A program made the translations under genes and the position numbers. The notes under the pieces are model-generated. The model searched no databases. It was not told the DNA's origin and was given only the letters and a program-made list of their open reading frames with translations. From an uncultured Desulfobacter sp. (lineage in GTDB: Bacteria > Desulfobacterota > Desulfobacteria > Desulfobacterales > Desulfobacteraceae): DNA of 64,000 nt. Numbering within the stretch: position 1 is the first letter of the stretch; each line of letters begins with the position of its first letter. This document shows positions 62,153-64,000 of the stretch, in pieces. The stretch spans positions 4,608,001 to 4,672,000 of the forward strand of contig OY762069.1 in assembly GCA_963665095.1 (NCBI GenBank), given 5' to 3'.

Positions 62153-64000
62153 ATGATCAAAGCGATAAAAAAATCGGCCATGGGGCTCGTGGCAGGGGGG
62201 GTGAACAAAGTTGATTTTACCCGGCTTCTGTACCGCATCGCCCAGAGCCCTTCCGGCCGCCCCCACCTTGACGCCTACCAGGACCTTCCCGGGGACTGGG
62301 ACAATGCAGACGGGATAAGCGATCTGGCTGTATCCCTTACCCTGGAACAGCTGCGGCAAGAAAATGAAGCTGTTGACGGTAATGAGATCACAGGGCTTAT
62401 AGACGAAATTAAAATCAGGTATGACAGAGATCTGCATATTCATGGGGCGGCTGCCCTGCGGGTGATATTTGACCATCTGTTTGACCATGACAACCCGGAT
62501 CTTCCCTTTACTTCGCCGGACGGCCGGGATCTGAAATATATTAACCGGTTAAGACAGTACAGGAAAGAGGGCTTAGGGGTTCTCTACCTGATCAATCACA
62601 ACTCTCATCTGGACGAATTTATATTTGACAGTCTCATGCAGAATCTGGGGATGGGCCTGCCGGTATTTGCCGCCGGTCAGAATATGATGGTCATAGACAG
62701 TATTGCAAAGGTTCTCATGACAGGCTCCTATGTGGTCCTGCGCAAGGGGGCCTCCCGCCACCAGATGGCGGCCCTGTACAACTACTGCTCCGCCTTGAGC
62801 CGGGGCGGGGCCCAGCAGGGCATTTTCCTGGAAGCCTGGCGGGGCGGGGCAAGAACCCGGGATGGGAGTCTGCGCTATCCCAAGCGGCTGGTGGCTGTGC
62901 GCGGGGCCATAGACCTGGATGAGGGACAGGATATGATTATCCAGCCTGTTGCCCTGTCCTACTCCGTTGTACCTGAAGATCTGATGATGTGTTCAGGGAA
63001 AAGTGCAAAAACCTGGATCAACGGCCTGCGCTGGTTCAAGGCCCTGATGAATTTCCCTGTTCACCCCACCACCTTCTGGTGGCAGGCCATGGAGAATATT
63101 TACTCCCGGTGCTATGTATCTTTTCCCGAACCCAAACCCCTGAGCCACCTGAAGGCAGAATGGCGGCAAGACAAGCGCGGCACAGAGTTTGATGAATTTG
63201 TGGCCCTGGATGCCATCAGCCAGATTGCCCGGACCAAAAAAATCATGGCCGGCCAGCTCACGGCCAGGGCCATAACCCAGGCCCGTAAAAAAGGATCAAA
63301 AGAGCTGGAAAAATCGGTCCGTGACGAAGTGAAAACCATTAAAAGCTACCATGAACAGACCTTTGGGCAAGGGCCGGACTTTGAAGACTTTATTGGAAAA
63401 AATGACGAAGCCGCTGTAATGACCGACGGGATAAAGACCCTTCGCAACCGGGGGGTATTAAGCCGCTGGACAAAGGACAGCCTGGAACTGCCCACCGTTC
63501 TCAATGAAATAGGCTTAAGCTACTACGCCACCCATGGAGACAGGCGTCTTTATTCTCCAACGGCGGACCAGAACATTGTTGTGGTGGGTGCGGGCAGCTG
63601 GGGATTTGTACTGGCCAGCCTGGTGGCTGGCCGGCTCCTGGAGGACAAGGCTTATACCAACGCCAGTATCACCATTTATGACCCAAGAAAAAAACTGGTC
63701 AGACATATGGGTAAGGAGCGCCTGGGACCGGGACGATTTAAGGATAAACCCCTGAAGAAAAATATATTTGTTACCTGGGATCTTGCTTCTGCGTTCAGAA
63801 AGGCCAGTGAAGTCATTATTGCCGTAAAGCCCGAATTATTTGAAGCACAGATGAGGGAAATTATTTCTGTTTCCGAACAGCATCTCAAGATCATCATCGC
63901 CACCCGGGGCTTTATGCCCGGCACCACCCTGTTACCCTTTCATATGGTGCAGAACCTTCTGGTGGAATACCAGCGTACTGATATGGATGTCCTGGCCCTG
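62153..64000 (+). CDS. Glycerol-3-phosphate/DHAP acyltransferase fused to a GpsA-like dehydrogenase domain, 3' end outside the window
   Basis: Hand translation from ATG 62153 (GAAGGAG RBS): NHNSHLDE (HX4D), AAGQNM, FLE...GARTRDG, PVALSY, then NIVVVGAGSWG; open to the window end. Confidence 0.85.
   Translation, partial: MIKAIKKSAMGLVAGGVNKVDFTRLLYRIAQSPSGRPHLDAYQDLPGDWDNADGISDLAVSLTLEQLRQENEAVDGNEITGLIDEIKIRYDRDLHIHGAAALRVIFDHLFDHDNPDLPFTSPDGRDLKYINRLRQYRKEGLGVLYLINHNSHLDEFIFDSLMQNLGMGLPVFAAGQNMMVIDSIAKVLMTGSYVVLRKGASRHQMAALYNYCSALSRGGAQQGIFLEAWRGGARTRDGSLRYPKRLVAVRGAIDLDEGQDMIIQPVALSYSVVPEDLMMCSGKSAKTWINGLRWFKALMNFPVHPTTFWWQAMENIYSRCYVSFPEPKPLSHLKAEWRQDKRGTEFDEFVALDAISQIARTKKIMAGQLTARAITQARKKGSKELEKSVRDEVKTIKSYHEQTFGQGPDFEDFIGKNDEAAVMTDGIKTLRNRGVLSRWTKDSLELPTVLNEIGLSYYATHGDRRLYSPTADQNIVVVGAGSWGFVLASLVAGRLLEDKAYTNASITIYDPRKKLVRHMGKERLGPGRFKDKPLKKNIFVTWDLASAFRKASEVIIAVKPELFEAQMREIISVSEQHLKIIIATRGFMPGTTLLPFHMVQNLLVEYQRTDMDVLAL

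Noticed and set aside
1..64000. CRISPR array, tRNA/rRNA, prophage or autonomous IS
   Set aside because: I saw no regularly spaced repeats, cloverleaf or rRNA signatures, phage genes or transposases by eye.

Overview
A chromosomal window from an anaerobic deltaproteobacterium. Gene content and style suggest Desulfobacteraceae (inference). The left third is housekeeping: a fused eukaryote-type hisHF (cut by the window edge), asnS, a radical SAM/DUF2344 fusion, rng, rpmH-rnpA-yidD-yidC-jag-mnmE, panC, mobB, a TPR lipoprotein and hrpB. The centre and right hold signalling genes, a divergent ilvC/ilvY pair with tandem operators, and two paralogous selenocysteine formate dehydrogenases that the ORF track splits at in-frame TGA codons. 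They also hold trpB2, a cobalamin riboswitch-led BtuF-CbiZ/BtuFCD operon, pgm, three gene remnants, small MITE-like repeats, a large PHP-like membrane protein and a GPAT-GpsA fusion (cut by the right edge). The most unusual candidate is a receptor-like protein at 34537-35955: a periplasmic solute-binding domain, one TM helix and a cytoplasmic Schlafen/AlbA_2 domain. Other notable candidates are an ArsB/NhaD transporter coupled to a catalytically dead eIF2B-like protein, and a shared ModE-like palindrome placed differently at the two FDH promoters. I saw no CRISPR array, rRNA, tRNA, transposase or prophage. All calls come from reading the sequence and recalling motifs; no searches were run.
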